Source of the DNA: an uncultured delta proteobacterium
Lineage (GTDB): Bacteria; Myxococcota_A; Polyangia; Polyangiales; Polyangiaceae
Direction: 5' to 3'
Length of the DNA stretch: 64,000 bases
Assembly (NCBI GenBank): GCA_963841435.1
Contig: CAWJCS010000004.1
Span: 352,001 to 416,000 of the forward strand
Numbering within the stretch: the stretch's first letter is position 1; the number at the start of each line of letters is the position of its first letter. The translations under genes were made by a program, and so were the position numbers. Below the pieces are notes generated by a model, which saw only the letters and a program-made list of their open reading frames with translations, was not told where the DNA came from and did no database searches. Positions 50,597 to 61,097 of the stretch are shown here, piece by piece.

Positions 50597-51742
50597 ATGA
50601 CCGAAGGCGCGACGCTTCTCGGGCTCGTTCAGAGCCGGCGCGTCCTGGTCTGCGCGGGCGCGGGCGGGGTGGGGAAGACGACGGTGGCGGCCGCTCTCGC
50701 GCTCGGCGCGGCCCGGGAGGGCAAGCGCGTGCTTTGCCTGACGATCGACCCTGCGAAGCGCCTTGCCGACAGCCTCGGCGTCGGCGGTATGCGGGGCGAG
50801 GCACACGCGGTGCCGCGTGAGCGCCTCGCCGCGCTCGGCATTCCCCCGAGCGGTCAGCTGACCGTCGCCATGCTGGACACGAAGCGCACCTTCGACGACA
50901 TCGTCGCCCGGCACGCGCCGAGCGAGGTCGTGAAGAACCGCATTCTCAACAACCAGTTTTACCAGTACGTCTCGACGAGCCTCGCCGGCACGCAGTCGTA
51001 CATGGCGATGGAAAAGGTGCTCGCGGTGCTCGGGGATCCTGCGCACGAGCTGGTCGTGCTCGACACGCCGCCGACGAGCGACGCACTCGACTTCCTCGAC
51101 GCCCCCGAACGCCTCATCGAGGCCCTCGACAGCCCCGCCATGCGCTGGCTCGTCGACGCCTTCGAGCCTCAGCGCAAGCTCGGCCTGCGGGCGCTCGCGC
51201 GCGGGGTGGCACTCGTCTTGCGCGGCGTCGGCAGGCTTACCGGGCGGGGCTTTCTCGAGCACATGGCGGAGTTCGTCACCGAGCTCAACGATCTCTTCGG
51301 CGGATTCAAGGAGCGCGCTCGCGAGGTGGCCCGCGCCTTTCGCGGCGAAGGCTTCGCGTACGTGCTCGTCTCGACCCCGGTGCCTGCCGCGCTGGACGAA
51401 GTGGCGCTGTTTCTGGAACGGCTGCTGGCGAGCGGGCTCACCGCCGACGCGCTCGTGGTGAACCGGCACATTCCCTTGCGTCAGGGCGAGGTCACGCCGA
51501 GCGAGGCCGCCGAGGCTGCCGAGCGCCACGGGCTTTCGCGAACGCTCGCGGCACCGCTGCTCGCCGCCCTCGCCGACGAGGACATGCAGGCGACGATCGA
51601 CGCGCGCGCGCTTCGGCATTTCGAGGCCAGGCTCGCCGCGTTGCCGAGCGCGGCACCGCTCACGCGCATCGCGCTACCGATGCTCGGCGACGACCCGCAC
51701 GATCTCGGAGACCTCTTGCCGCTGAGCCACAGGCTGGTCTGA
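50597..51742 (+). CDS. ArsA/Get3-family ATPase
   Basis: GAGGVGKTT, TIDPAKRLADSLG, VLDTPPT and VVNR. Confidence 0.92.
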   Translation: MTEGATLLGLVQSRRVLVCAGAGGVGKTTVAAALALGAAREGKRVLCLTIDPAKRLADSLGVGGMRGEAHAVPRERLAALGIPPSGQLTVAMLDTKRTFDDIVARHAPSEVVKNRILNNQFYQYVSTSLAGTQSYMAMEKVLAVLGDPAHELVVLDTPPTSDALDFLDAPERLIEALDSPAMRWLVDAFEPQRKLGLRALARGVALVLRGVGRLTGRGFLEHMAEFVTELNDLFGGFKERAREVARAFRGEGFAYVLVSTPVPAALDEVALFLERLLASGLTADALVVNRHIPLRQGEVTPSEAAEAAERHGLSRTLAAPLLAALADEDMQATIDARALRHFEARLAALPSAAPLTRIALPMLGDDPHDLGDLLPLSHRLV

Positions 51743-51754
51743 GCCAAGGGCTCG

Positions 51755-53080
51755 TCAGCGGCGCTCTTTACGTTCGCGGGCGCGGTACTGAACGTGAACG
51801 GGCACGGAGCGGAAGCCGAACGCTTTTCGGATCTGGTTTTCCACGAAGCGCTGATAGCTCGGCTTGATGCTCTCCGGGAAGTTCGCCCACGCGACGAACA
51901 ACGGCGGCGACGACTCTGCCTGCGTGAGAAAGTAGATGCGCGGGGCCCGCCCGCGGTGCGTCGGCGGCGGCTGGCGTTCGAGCGCGCTGCGAAAGAACCG
52001 GTTGAGCTCGGCCGTGGGGACGCGTCGGTGCACCTCGTCGGCCGCGTCGGAGACTGCGCGCATCAACTCGCGCACACCCGCACCCGTCTTGGCGCTGAGC
52101 GGCAGCATCGGGGCCCAGCGTGCAAAGGCGAGCGACCCTTGGGCGCGCTCCACGACGGTCTTCTTCTGGTCCTTCGGCACGAGGTCCATCTTGTTGAGAC
52201 CGATGACGATGGCCCGCCGCCGCTCCACGCACAGCCCGAGCAGGCGAGCATCCTGCTCGGAGACGCCCTCGCTCGCGTCACACATGAGAATGGCGACGCT
52301 CGCACGCTCCACGGCGCGGATGGCCCTGAGCACGCTCACGAGCTCGATGCCGCGCTCCACGCGCGAGCGCCGTCGGACGCCCGCCGTGTCGACGATGGTG
52401 AAGGTTCGGCCGGCGACGGTCACGACCGAGTCGACCGGATCGCGCGTCGTGCCGGGGCGCTCGTCGACGAGCGAGCGCTCCGTGCCCGCGAGGCGATTGA
52501 AGAGCGACGATTTCCCCGCGTTGGGTCGTCCGAGCAGCGCGATGCGGGGGGTGTCGTCGGGCGTCTCCTCGGTCTTTGCGGCGAAGCGCGGCAAGCGCTC
52601 GGCGACGGCCTGCGCGAGCTCGGCCGTCCCGAGGCCGTGGGCGGCCGACACCGGGAGCAGAGCGGGCAGTCCGAGCGAGTAGAGCTCGGCTGCCGCCTCG
52701 ATCCGCCCCGGCCGATCGAGCTTGTTGGCGACGTAGATGACGGGCTTGGTGCTGCGGCGCAAAAGGCGCACCGCTTCGAGATCCGCTTGCGCGGGCGGCG
52801 CAAGGCCGTCGAGCACGCACACGATGGCGTCGGCCTCCTCGATGGCCGCACGCACCTGGCGCGCGATACCGACCTGCATCGGATCCTCGCTTTCGGGATC
52901 GAAGCCGCCGGTGTCGACCAGCGTCACGTTGCGCCCGGCGAGGTGCGCCGGCGCGTAGTGGCGATCGCGCGTGACGCCGGGCATGTCGTCGACGATCGCG
53001 AGGCTCTTACCGGCGAGACGATTGAAGAGCGTGCTCTTGCCGACGTTGGGGCGACCCACCACGGCCACGATCGGGGTCAC
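51755..53080 (-). CDS. der: Ribosome biogenesis GTPase Der
   Basis: Two G-domains (GRPNVGKS and GRPNAGKS, DTGG/DTAG, NKxD) plus C-terminal KH-like domain. Confidence 0.97.
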   Translation of the reverse strand: MTPIVAVVGRPNVGKSTLFNRLAGKSLAIVDDMPGVTRDRHYAPAHLAGRNVTLVDTGGFDPESEDPMQVGIARQVRAAIEEADAIVCVLDGLAPPAQADLEAVRLLRRSTKPVIYVANKLDRPGRIEAAAELYSLGLPALLPVSAAHGLGTAELAQAVAERLPRFAAKTEETPDDTPRIALLGRPNAGKSSLFNRLAGTERSLVDERPGTTRDPVDSVVTVAGRTFTIVDTAGVRRRSRVERGIELVSVLRAIRAVERASVAILMCDASEGVSEQDARLLGLCVERRRAIVIGLNKMDLVPKDQKKTVVERAQGSLAFARWAPMLPLSAKTGAGVRELMRAVSDAADEVHRRVPTAELNRFFRSALERQPPPTHRGRAPRIYFLTQAESSPPLFVAWANFPESIKPSYQRFVENQIRKAFGFRSVPVHVQYRARERKERR

Positions 53081-54012
53081 GGGCGCTCCTCGTCGGGGTC
53101 CACGCTGCCCTTCGCAGTGGCCGCGTAGCCGAGCTCCGCGAGCTGCCGCGGCACGTTTTTCCAGCGCGGCGTGATGCGCACGAAGAGCCCGAGGTAGACG
53201 GGCCGCTCGATCAGTCCCTCGATGCGCTCGCGGGCTCGCGTCCCGATCCGCTTGAGCATCTCGCCGCCGCGCCCCACGAGGATCTTGCGCTGGCCGAGCT
53301 TCTCGACGTGGATCGTGGCGCTGATGCGCACGGTCTTCGACGCCTCGTCGTACTCGTCGAGGCTCACCGCAACGGCGTGCGGCACCTCGCCCCGCGCGCT
53401 CTCGAGCACCGCCTCGCGCACGTACTCGCGCGCGAAGTACGAGGTCGGTCGGTCCGTCAGCGTGTCGGCGTCGTAGCCCGCGGGCCCCTCGGGCAGGAGC
53501 GGCGCGACGACATCGAGCACGCGCGTCACGTCTTCGGCGCGGCGCAGGCTCACGGGCACGATCGCGGCGAACGGGCGCTCACCGCCCAGCGCGTCGAGCA
53601 GCGGCAGGAGGTGGTCCGGCGCACGCAACCGATCTATCTTGTTGACGACCGCCACAATCACGGAACGCGAAGGCAGCCGCGCGAGCAGCGAACGATCTTC
53701 GGGCTCGAGCGCTTCCGCGTTGCGCGCGACCTTCTTCGCTTCGAGGACGAAGATCACGACGTCGGCGGCGCGCGCGGCTTCCATCGCCGCCGCATTCATG
53801 CGGCGCCCGAGCTCGGTCTTCGCGCGGTGCAGCCCCGGCGTGTCGAGGAAGGCGAGCTGCGCCTCGCCATGCGTCGCCACACCGAGCAGGGCGTCACGGG
53901 TCGTCTGCGGTACGGGCGAGACGACGGCAAGCGGCTGCCCGAGCGCGGCGTTCAGCAGCGTCGATTTACCGACGTTCGGGCGCCCGACGATGGCGACGGT
54001 TCCAAAGCGCAT
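53077..54012 (-). CDS. era: GTPase Era
   Basis: GRPNVGKSTL, PQTTR, DTPG, NKID, EVPH and KH domain 'ILVGRGG.MLKRIG'. Confidence 0.97.
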   Translation of the reverse strand: MRFGTVAIVGRPNVGKSTLLNAALGQPLAVVSPVPQTTRDALLGVATHGEAQLAFLDTPGLHRAKTELGRRMNAAAMEAARAADVVIFVLEAKKVARNAEALEPEDRSLLARLPSRSVIVAVVNKIDRLRAPDHLLPLLDALGGERPFAAIVPVSLRRAEDVTRVLDVVAPLLPEGPAGYDADTLTDRPTSYFAREYVREAVLESARGEVPHAVAVSLDEYDEASKTVRISATIHVEKLGQRKILVGRGGEMLKRIGTRARERIEGLIERPVYLGLFVRITPRWKNVPRQLAELGYAATAKGSVDPDEERP

Positions 54013-54083
54013 GGAGGGGCCGGCATGCTAGCCTCGGGCCGGTCGCGGAGCCCTTCGATTCCGGGTTTCTCTTCGAAAACGGC

Positions 54084-55355
54084 ATGCGAGCCTCGGGTCC
54101 CTACCTCGCTCGGTCGCTGCTCGCCGCCGCGATGGCCCTCGCGGCCGGACCGCGCACCGCTCGAGCGACACCGGCGGAGCTGTTCGGCGCCGGCCCGCGC
54201 AGCACCGCGCTCGCCGGGGCCGGGGTGTCGCTCGAAATGGGCCCCGAGGCGGCGCTCACGAACCCCGCCCTCCTCGCCGCGGCCACCAAAGAGCTCGACA
54301 TCGGGCTGCGTGCCACGCGCTTTGCATTGAGCATCGAAGCGAGCGGGCGGTCGGAGCCCTTTCCCGCAGAGCTCTCGAAGAGCCTCTGCTTCGGTGTGAG
54401 CGCTCCGCTCGTCGACGGCCCGCTCGCGCTCGGCTTCGGCCTGTTCGCGCAGACGCCGCCGGGCTTCGTGGTACGGGCGCGCGTGCCGCTAGAGGGCGTG
54501 CCGACTTTTCCGCTCCTCGTCGGCCGCGCCGACGCGCTCGATCTCGGTGCTGGCCTGGGCGCTCGCATCGGTCCGCTCGGGGTCGGCGTGGGAGTGCGGG
54601 CGCTCGCCGCGCTCGCTGGCCGCGTCGCCGTCACGGAGGAGCAGGGCCACACCGCGTCGAGCGTCAGCACGCGCCTCTTGCCGAGCGTCGCTCCCGTGCT
54701 CGGCGCCACGCTCGATGTCGAGCCCGTCGGGCGCCTGGGCTTCGCGTTGCGCGGCCCGTTACGCGCCGACTTCGACGTTGATGTCGCCGCGGCTTCGCTG
54801 GGCGGGCTCGGGATCGTGCCGCTCCACGTCCAGGGCGTCGCGGCGTACGAGCCCTTGCGGATCGATCTAGAGCTCTCGCGCGCGATCGGTGCGGTCACGG
54901 CGGTCGTCGGCGCTCGCTTCGAACACTTCTCGGCCTTTCCCGGCTGGGCCGGCCCGACCGTCGAATGTCCACCCGCGGATCGGCGCTGCGGCACCCCGCC
55001 CGGCGAGCCGCCCGGTTACCACGACGTGGTCTCGCCCCGCGTCGGGGCGACGCTCGCCACGGGATGGCTCGCGCCCGCGACGCTCGAGCTACGGGCGGGC
55101 TACACGCTCGCGCCGACGCCCATCCCCGAGCAAACCGGGCGCTCCAACGTCTTCGACGCCACGCGCCACGGGCTCGCGTTCGGCTACTCGATCACGCTGC
55201 CGCCCGCGCTGGCTCCGTTGCGTCTCGACACGGCCTTTCGGTTCGATCTGCTCGCCCCACGCCGACACGACAAGCTGCCGGAAGCGGGCGGCGGCTCGAT
55301 CACCACGCACGGGCACACGGAAACGTTGCTCGTGGGAGCCGGGGTGGAGCTGTGA
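54084..55355 (+). CDS. FadL/OmpP1/TodX-like outer-membrane barrel
   Basis: Signal peptide, 'FGAGPRSTALAGAG..NPA' hatch motif and 'LRAGY...PIP.QTG..N'. Confidence 0.75.
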   Translation: MRASGPYLARSLLAAAMALAAGPRTARATPAELFGAGPRSTALAGAGVSLEMGPEAALTNPALLAAATKELDIGLRATRFALSIEASGRSEPFPAELSKSLCFGVSAPLVDGPLALGFGLFAQTPPGFVVRARVPLEGVPTFPLLVGRADALDLGAGLGARIGPLGVGVGVRALAALAGRVAVTEEQGHTASSVSTRLLPSVAPVLGATLDVEPVGRLGFALRGPLRADFDVDVAAASLGGLGIVPLHVQGVAAYEPLRIDLELSRAIGAVTAVVGARFEHFSAFPGWAGPTVECPPADRRCGTPPGEPPGYHDVVSPRVGATLATGWLAPATLELRAGYTLAPTPIPEQTGRSNVFDATRHGLAFGYSITLPPALAPLRLDTAFRFDLLAPRRHDKLPEAGGGSITTHGHTETLLVGAGVEL

Positions 55356-56723
55356 GGCGCGCGCGCGGCCCGCGGTGCTGGTTTCGGGGGCTTTTCCTGG
55401 TGCTCGCCCTTCACCCTCGGCCCGCACGCGCCAACCCCGACACGCTGCGCGGTGTGGGCCTGCGCTCTCAGGCGCTCGCGGCGGCGAACGTCGCGGACGT
55501 CGACGACGCCGCCTCGGTGCTCGAAAACCCCGCCGGGGTCGCGCGCGCGCCGGGCACGCTCTTGTCACTCGGTTTCGCCTTCACCTCGTACGCGCTCGAG
55601 GCCGATGGCGTCCGAGCACCGCTCGAGGACGTTCGCAGCGTCGAGCTCGGCGTGGTCGTGCCAGGGCATGTCCGCGGGGTGCCCGTCGGCTTCGGCCTGC
55701 ACCTCGCGCTCCCGGACGGTCGGCTATCCAAGCTGCACCAGGTCAGGGCGACCGATGCCTACTTCCCTCTCGACGACGCGGGCCCACGCCTGCTCAATCT
55801 CGGCACGGTCGTCGCGGTCACGCCGTTCCGCGGCCTTTCGATCGGAGGCGGCGTCGGCTTTCTCGCGTCGCTCGACGGCGGCTTCGAAGTCACGGGGACG
55901 GCGGTCGTCGCCGACGGCACCGGCTCGGAGTACGGCTCTAGCCTGGCCCACGGCGTCGACGCCGAGCTCCGCGCCACCCGCTACGCGATCGCGGGCCTGC
56001 GTTACGACGCCGGGGATCTGCTGAGCGCGGCGCTTTCGTATCGCGCAGCGGCCCGCGTGCATCAGCACGTCGAAGGGCGCCTCGACGGCGATCTGGCGCT
56101 CGGCCCCGTGCGCATCCCGCTCGAGTACGCCTTCACGACCGACGCGATCGTCGCCTACCACCCCGCCCAGCTCGTCGCCGCGCTCACCCTGCGGCCGGGC
56201 GCCGACGTCACCGCCCACGCCGCGCTCGCCTGGCAGCGCTACTCCGGCTACGCGAGCCCGTACGCTCGCACCACGACCCACGTCACCACCGCTCTGCCCC
56301 CGGGTCTCACGCTGCCGCTCCCTCCCGACGAGCCGGGCAGCGACCCGCCCGCGGCCCGGCTCTCGAACCGCTTCGTCCCGCGCCTTGGTGCGGAGCGAGC
56401 GTTCCACCCGTGGCCTCGGCTCGCCGTCACGGCGCGTGCGGGCTATGCGTTCGAGCACAGCCCCGTGCCTGCGCACCAAGTTGACACGCTGCTCTTCGAT
56501 TCGGACCGCCATGTGCTGGGCGTCGGTGCCGGCCTTGCCGCGCACGAGCCCTCGAACAGCCTCCGCGAGATTCCGCCTGGACCTCGGCCTCGAGGTCGTG
56601 CTCGGCGCCGGGCGAGGCTTCCAGACCGCGGGCGCGGCCGGCGCTTCGATGCACCGGGCTGCGGGCAGCCTGTGGTCGATGGGAGCGGAGCTCGGCCTGG
56701 TCTTCGACGGCGGTTCCGGGTAG
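55352..56723 (+). CDS. Second FadL/OmpP1-like barrel (apparent +1 frameshift at 56571-56572)
   Basis: 'GVGLRSQALA..ENPAG' and 'ARAGYAFEHSPVP'; removing one T gives 'REIRLDLG...GAELGLVF'. Confidence 0.75.
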
Positions 56724-56736
56724 AGGGGCGCGATCG

Positions 56737-59277
56737 ATGACGAGCTCGCCCCGAGCATCGGACTCCGGTGACGCGCGCCCCGCTCACGCGACCGTCGAAG
56801 CACCGCACTGGCTGGGCCGCGCGCTCGTCTGCGGGCTCGTCGTGCTCACGCTCGTTGTCCCCGCCAGGCGCGCAGGACTGTGGGATCCGTTCGAGCTCTC
56901 CGCGATCGATTTCGCCCGCCGCATCGCCGTGGGCCTCTACGGCGGCGCGAGCCTCGTTTTGGACGCGGCTTCGAACGCGCTGCCGACCCGTGGGGAGGTG
57001 GGGCGCGGGGAGCTGCCGTTCACTTCCATGGCGCTCGGTCTGCGCTTCTTCGGTCTACACGCAGCAGCGGCACGCAGCGTGCTCGCGTTCTGGGCGCTCG
57101 TCGGGGTGGGGGCGACCTACGTGCTCGTTCGTCGGCTTGCCGACGAGGTGACCGCGCTCCTGTCCGTTGCGGTGCTGGCGACCACGCCCCTGTTCTTCCT
57201 GCACGCTAGGACGCTGCTCGGTGACGGCGTCACGATGGCCGTCGTGGCGCTCGCCACCGCGGGTCTTTCGCTGGCGGTGTTCGACGACGCCCCGTTCCCG
57301 AGACGGCTCGTGTGGCTCGCTCTCGGAGCGCTCGGCCTGCTCGGTGGTCTCGGCACGCGCGGCCTGTTGCTGGGGGTCGCGGTGCCGGCGCTCGGCGTGG
57401 GTCTGGCCTGTCTCCTCATGCGAGGCAAGCGGCTCGACCCGCGCGCGCGCCTCGCGGATGCGCTCGGTGTGGTCACGTTTCTGATTGGTGCCATCGCGCT
57501 CGGCTGGGGCGCCCAGCACCTCGTCGTCGCGACGGCGCACCCCGAGGGCTACGACCCCTGGCTCGGGTTCTCGCTGGATGCGGGGAAGGACACGATCACT
57601 TTCGATGCGATCATCGGCAGCCTGGGGCACGCACTGTTCCCTTGGAGCGCCTTCGTGCCCGTGGCGCTAGCGCGCTTGCTGGTGCCGTCCTCGAGCGCGG
57701 CGGCCTTCGACGCGTCCGAGCGCGGACTGAGGCTCGCCGTCGTGTTGGTTGCGACGGCCGGCGTGCTCGCCCAGAGCTTCGTGGCGCCGCTCGCCGGCGT
57801 GTTGCCGTTCGGAGCCGTGGCGCCGCTCGCCGTGCTCGTCGCCTTCACGCTACGCGATCTAGATCGCGGCGCCGCCGCGTCGCCGACGCTGGGCATCGTG
57901 GCAGGCTCGCTCGCCATCCTGCTCGGGCTGGACTTTCTCAACGAGCCGAGCTGCTCGCTCGTGGCGTTCGGCGTGGAGGGTGCTCACTTTCCCGAGTCCC
58001 TGCGAGAGAGCGCCGCACGTCTCTTCGTGGTCGCCGCCGTCGTCGCCGCGCTGCCGTTCGGCCTCGCGCTCCTAGAAGACGATCGCGCCCGGCGGCCGGC
58101 CTTCGCGCGTCGCGACTACGCGGCCTGGCTCGGCACGGTGCGCGACCTCTGGGGCGGCAACCTCTTGTTCGGTGCCTGCGTCGCCGAGGCGTCGCTCTTG
58201 GGATTCGTGGCGTTCGACCTGCTCGGTGAGCGCCTTCCGGTGTTCCGCCGCTTCGCCGCGAGCGGCGAGCTCACGCGTGGCTTGAGCCGCATCGCGTGGC
58301 TCGGGATTCCGCTGCTCTTCGCGCTGCCTCTCGTCGTGCTCGCTGCGCGCGACGCCATGCGCTATCTCGAAGGGCGGCGTGGCGCGGCGAAGCTCGGGTG
58401 GTTGCTCCCGTCACGCGGAACCTTCGCGGGCCTCGGCGGGATCCTCGCGGGGCTCGCGCTGAGCTCGGTCTACTACCCGGCGCTTGCGCGGCAGCTCTCG
58501 CCTCAGGAAAGCTTCGAGACCTTTCGCCGCGTCGCGCGCCCGGGGGACGAGCTCGCCATGGTCGGTGCGAGCGCCCTGTCCGCCGCGTATGCGGCGGGTC
58601 GCAACGTCGTGACGTTTCCGACGGGCGAGCAAGCCTTCGGGTGGCTGATCGAGCCGACCGAGCGGCGTCGCTTCGTCGTCGTTCCCGCCGCCGCGCTCGG
58701 CGGCATGAACTCACTTTATCGTGGCAGCTCACGGCCGCGCACGAACCTGCCCGTCCTCGACGGGCGCTCGAGCGAGATCGTCTTGGCTTCGAACCGGCTG
58801 CTTGCCGGGGAGCAGAACGAAAACCCCCTCGACCGCTACCTTCCGTCGCGCGAGCCGCGACCCGGTCATAAGCTCGACGCGAACCTCGGCAACCAGCTCG
58901 ACGTCCTCGGTTGGGATCTGTTCGACCTCGAAGGAAGACCGGTCGCGAGCGTCGTGCCTGGCAGGTCCGTCGAGCTCGTCATCTACTATCGCGTCACGGC
59001 ACGCATCACGGGAAACTGGGAGACGTTCGTGCACATCGACGGGTACCAGCGCCGTTTCAACGCCGATCACCCGACTCTCGGCGGCTCGTACCCGTTCGGG
59101 CTGTGGCGCGTGGGCGATTTCGTTGCCGACCGCTATGAGTTCGCGCTGGAGCCGAACTTTAGCGCCGGCGAGTACCGCCTCTATTTCGGGCTCTATTGGG
59201 GCTCGCGGCGGCTTTCGCTCAAACGAGGCTCCGGCGTTGACGACCGCATCGAAGCGGGATCCCTCACGGTGCGTTGA
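56737..59277 (+). CDS. GT-C membrane glycosyltransferase (ArnT/PMT-like) with C-terminal periplasmic domain
   Basis: LWDP.E, many TMs, 'FPWSAF'; C-terminal 'FVHID...DH..W..GD...G.Y.L..GLY'. Confidence 0.78.
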   Translation: MTSSPRASDSGDARPAHATVEAPHWLGRALVCGLVVLTLVVPARRAGLWDPFELSAIDFARRIAVGLYGGASLVLDAASNALPTRGEVGRGELPFTSMALGLRFFGLHAAAARSVLAFWALVGVGATYVLVRRLADEVTALLSVAVLATTPLFFLHARTLLGDGVTMAVVALATAGLSLAVFDDAPFPRRLVWLALGALGLLGGLGTRGLLLGVAVPALGVGLACLLMRGKRLDPRARLADALGVVTFLIGAIALGWGAQHLVVATAHPEGYDPWLGFSLDAGKDTITFDAIIGSLGHALFPWSAFVPVALARLLVPSSSAAAFDASERGLRLAVVLVATAGVLAQSFVAPLAGVLPFGAVAPLAVLVAFTLRDLDRGAAASPTLGIVAGSLAILLGLDFLNEPSCSLVAFGVEGAHFPESLRESAARLFVVAAVVAALPFGLALLEDDRARRPAFARRDYAAWLGTVRDLWGGNLLFGACVAEASLLGFVAFDLLGERLPVFRRFAASGELTRGLSRIAWLGIPLLFALPLVVLAARDAMRYLEGRRGAAKLGWLLPSRGTFAGLGGILAGLALSSVYYPALARQLSPQESFETFRRVARPGDELAMVGASALSAAYAAGRNVVTFPTGEQAFGWLIEPTERRRFVVVPAAALGGMNSLYRGSSRPRTNLPVLDGRSSEIVLASNRLLAGEQNENPLDRYLPSREPRPGHKLDANLGNQLDVLGWDLFDLEGRPVASVVPGRSVELVIYYRVTARITGNWETFVHIDGYQRRFNADHPTLGGSYPFGLWRVGDFVADRYEFALEPNFSAGEYRLYFGLYWGSRRLSLKRGSGVDDRIEAGSLTVR

Positions 59278-59435
59278 CCTGACCGGCGCGCGGGCCAGTA
59301 ACCGACCACGGCGTCCCTGAGGCTCGCAAACCGCTCCGCGCGCGAGGCTGCGGCAGTTTGTCGCGGTTTTACCCGGTCTGGCGGCAGACGCGGGCGTCGC
59401 GTGACAGCGGGCGAGATCGAGGCTAAGGCCGGTGC

Positions 59436-59831
59436 GTGAGCGGCGAAAAATCGGAGCGGCCCCTGTCGGAGATCCCGCCCGCGGATCGGCGGAGCGCGGA
59501 CCGCATCGACGTGACCTGGTCCGTCGACTGCGAGACCGAGGAAACGTTTCTCTACGCCAACATCACGAACATTTCCGAGGTCGGCATTTTCGTTCGCACG
59601 GACGAGCCCCTCGAGGTCGGCACGCGCGTGACCCTCAAGTTCGCACCGCCCGGCAGCCGCGAGCCCCTCGTCCTCACTGGGCAGGTGCAGTGGGTGAACC
59701 CGATTCGCATGCTCGCGAGCAACCCGAACCCGGGCATGGGCATTCGCTTCATCGATCTGAACCGCGACAACAGAGAGCGGCTGGTCGGGGTGGTCCGGAC
59801 GATCGCCTACGTTCGAAGCTCCACGAACTGA
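59436..59831 (+). CDS. Stand-alone PilZ domain protein (myxobacterial TIGR02266 type)
   Basis: RRSADR (RxxxR) and NISEVG ([D/N]xSxxG) motifs; PGMGIRF. Confidence 0.92.
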   Translation: MSGEKSERPLSEIPPADRRSADRIDVTWSVDCETEETFLYANITNISEVGIFVRTDEPLEVGTRVTLKFAPPGSREPLVLTGQVQWVNPIRMLASNPNPGMGIRFIDLNRDNRERLVGVVRTIAYVRSSTN

Positions 59832-59946
59832 GGCCAAGTCAGCGGTCTTTCGCGGGTGGGCTCGCGAACGGTCGGTCGGAAGTGCGCCGCGGCTTCGCGA
59901 GCTCGCCGGCCGCGTACGCCGGGCTAGTGAGGGCAGGGCGCGGTGC

Positions 59947-61035
59947 TCACTGTGCCGCCTCGCCGATGGCGGACTTGCTCGCCGCCCGAGGTGCGGCGGG
60001 CTTCGCGGGCTCGGGTCCGTTCGCTTGCTCGGCGGCGGTCGCGGCCGTCGCCTGCGGTGCCGCCTGCTTGGCCGCCACGCGCCGGGCTGCCACCGGCACG
60101 GGCTCGGCCGTGCGCTCGAGCTGGGTGAGCGCATTCCGGGCACGCTCCGCGAAGGCGGGCTCGTCGAGTAGGGCCTGGTAGTTGCGGCGTGCCTTCTCGA
60201 CGTCCCCGAGCGATTCGTAACAGGACGCGGCCTGGAAGGTCGCGTCGTAGCCGGCCCGCGTCCCGGGGTAGTGGAACGGCACCTGGTCGAAGAGGCGGGC
60301 GGCTTCGGAGCAACCTTGCTCGCTCTTGGCGGCCTCGGCAGCGTGCAGAGCGGCCTCGGCGGCATCGCTGCCGCCGCGCGCCGCCACGCTTTCGAACTGC
60401 TCCCGGGCTTCGCGGAAACGCCCGCCGCGCAGCGCGCCGAGCGCCGCCTGGAACGCCGTGTCGCCGGCGCTCTCCTCCGCGGCGGGCTCTGCCGCGGCGA
60501 GCGGGAGGTCGGCCCGTCCCTTCGACGACGCACCCTCGCGACGCTCCGACGCTTCCGGTGTCGGCGGCCCGTGCGCCTCGAGCGCGCGATCGCGACTCGC
60601 GGCCGCGACCACTGCCATGGTCTCGTTGTCGCTCTCGGGGACGCCGCGCTCGGTGACGGACATGCTGCTCTGGTCGCCGGGGCGTGCGCGGAAAAAGATC
60701 AAGCTCGAACCGATCGCCAGCAGCAGGAGCGCCGCCATCGCCAGTTGCGGTCGCATCGCGTAGCCGGCCAGCACCGACACGCCGCGCCCGAGGCGCTGTC
60801 GAAGCGGCAGCCCCTCGCGCGCACGACGCTCGGCGTCCAAAATGGACAGCTCGAGACCCGGCGGCGGGTCGAGGAGCGGCAGGCTGCCGACCTCGCGTGT
60901 CGCGCGCAACCCAGCCAAGATCCCGCGACAGCGTGCGCACTGATCGACGTGGCGCCGCGCCGACGCGGCGGTGAGCTCGTCGAGCTCGCCGTAGAGCAGC
61001 TCGAGCGCGATGCGGTCGAAGCGTTCGCAGTCCAT
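59947..61035 (-). CDS. Zinc-finger (zf-HC2) anti-sigma factor with TM and TPR
   Basis: MDC...HVDQCARC (HxxxCxxC), TM LAMAALLLLAIG, C-terminal TPR; follows ECF sigma. Confidence 0.88.
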   Translation of the reverse strand: MDCERFDRIALELLYGELDELTAASARRHVDQCARCRGILAGLRATREVGSLPLLDPPPGLELSILDAERRAREGLPLRQRLGRGVSVLAGYAMRPQLAMAALLLLAIGSSLIFFRARPGDQSSMSVTERGVPESDNETMAVVAAASRDRALEAHGPPTPEASERREGASSKGRADLPLAAAEPAAEESAGDTAFQAALGALRGGRFREAREQFESVAARGGSDAAEAALHAAEAAKSEQGCSEAARLFDQVPFHYPGTRAGYDATFQAASCYESLGDVEKARRNYQALLDEPAFAERARNALTQLERTAEPVPVAARRVAAKQAAPQATAATAAEQANGPEPAKPAAPRAASKSAIGEAAQ

Positions 61036-61097
61036 GTCAGAAGCACCCTCGCTGGGAGCGGTTCCGGTGAGCCCTCCTGGCGAATTTCAGCCCGAAT

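Noticed and set aside
50597..51742. Arsenic resistance locus
   Set aside because: No arsR/B/C/D nearby; single-domain ATPase without evident metal-binding Cys cluster
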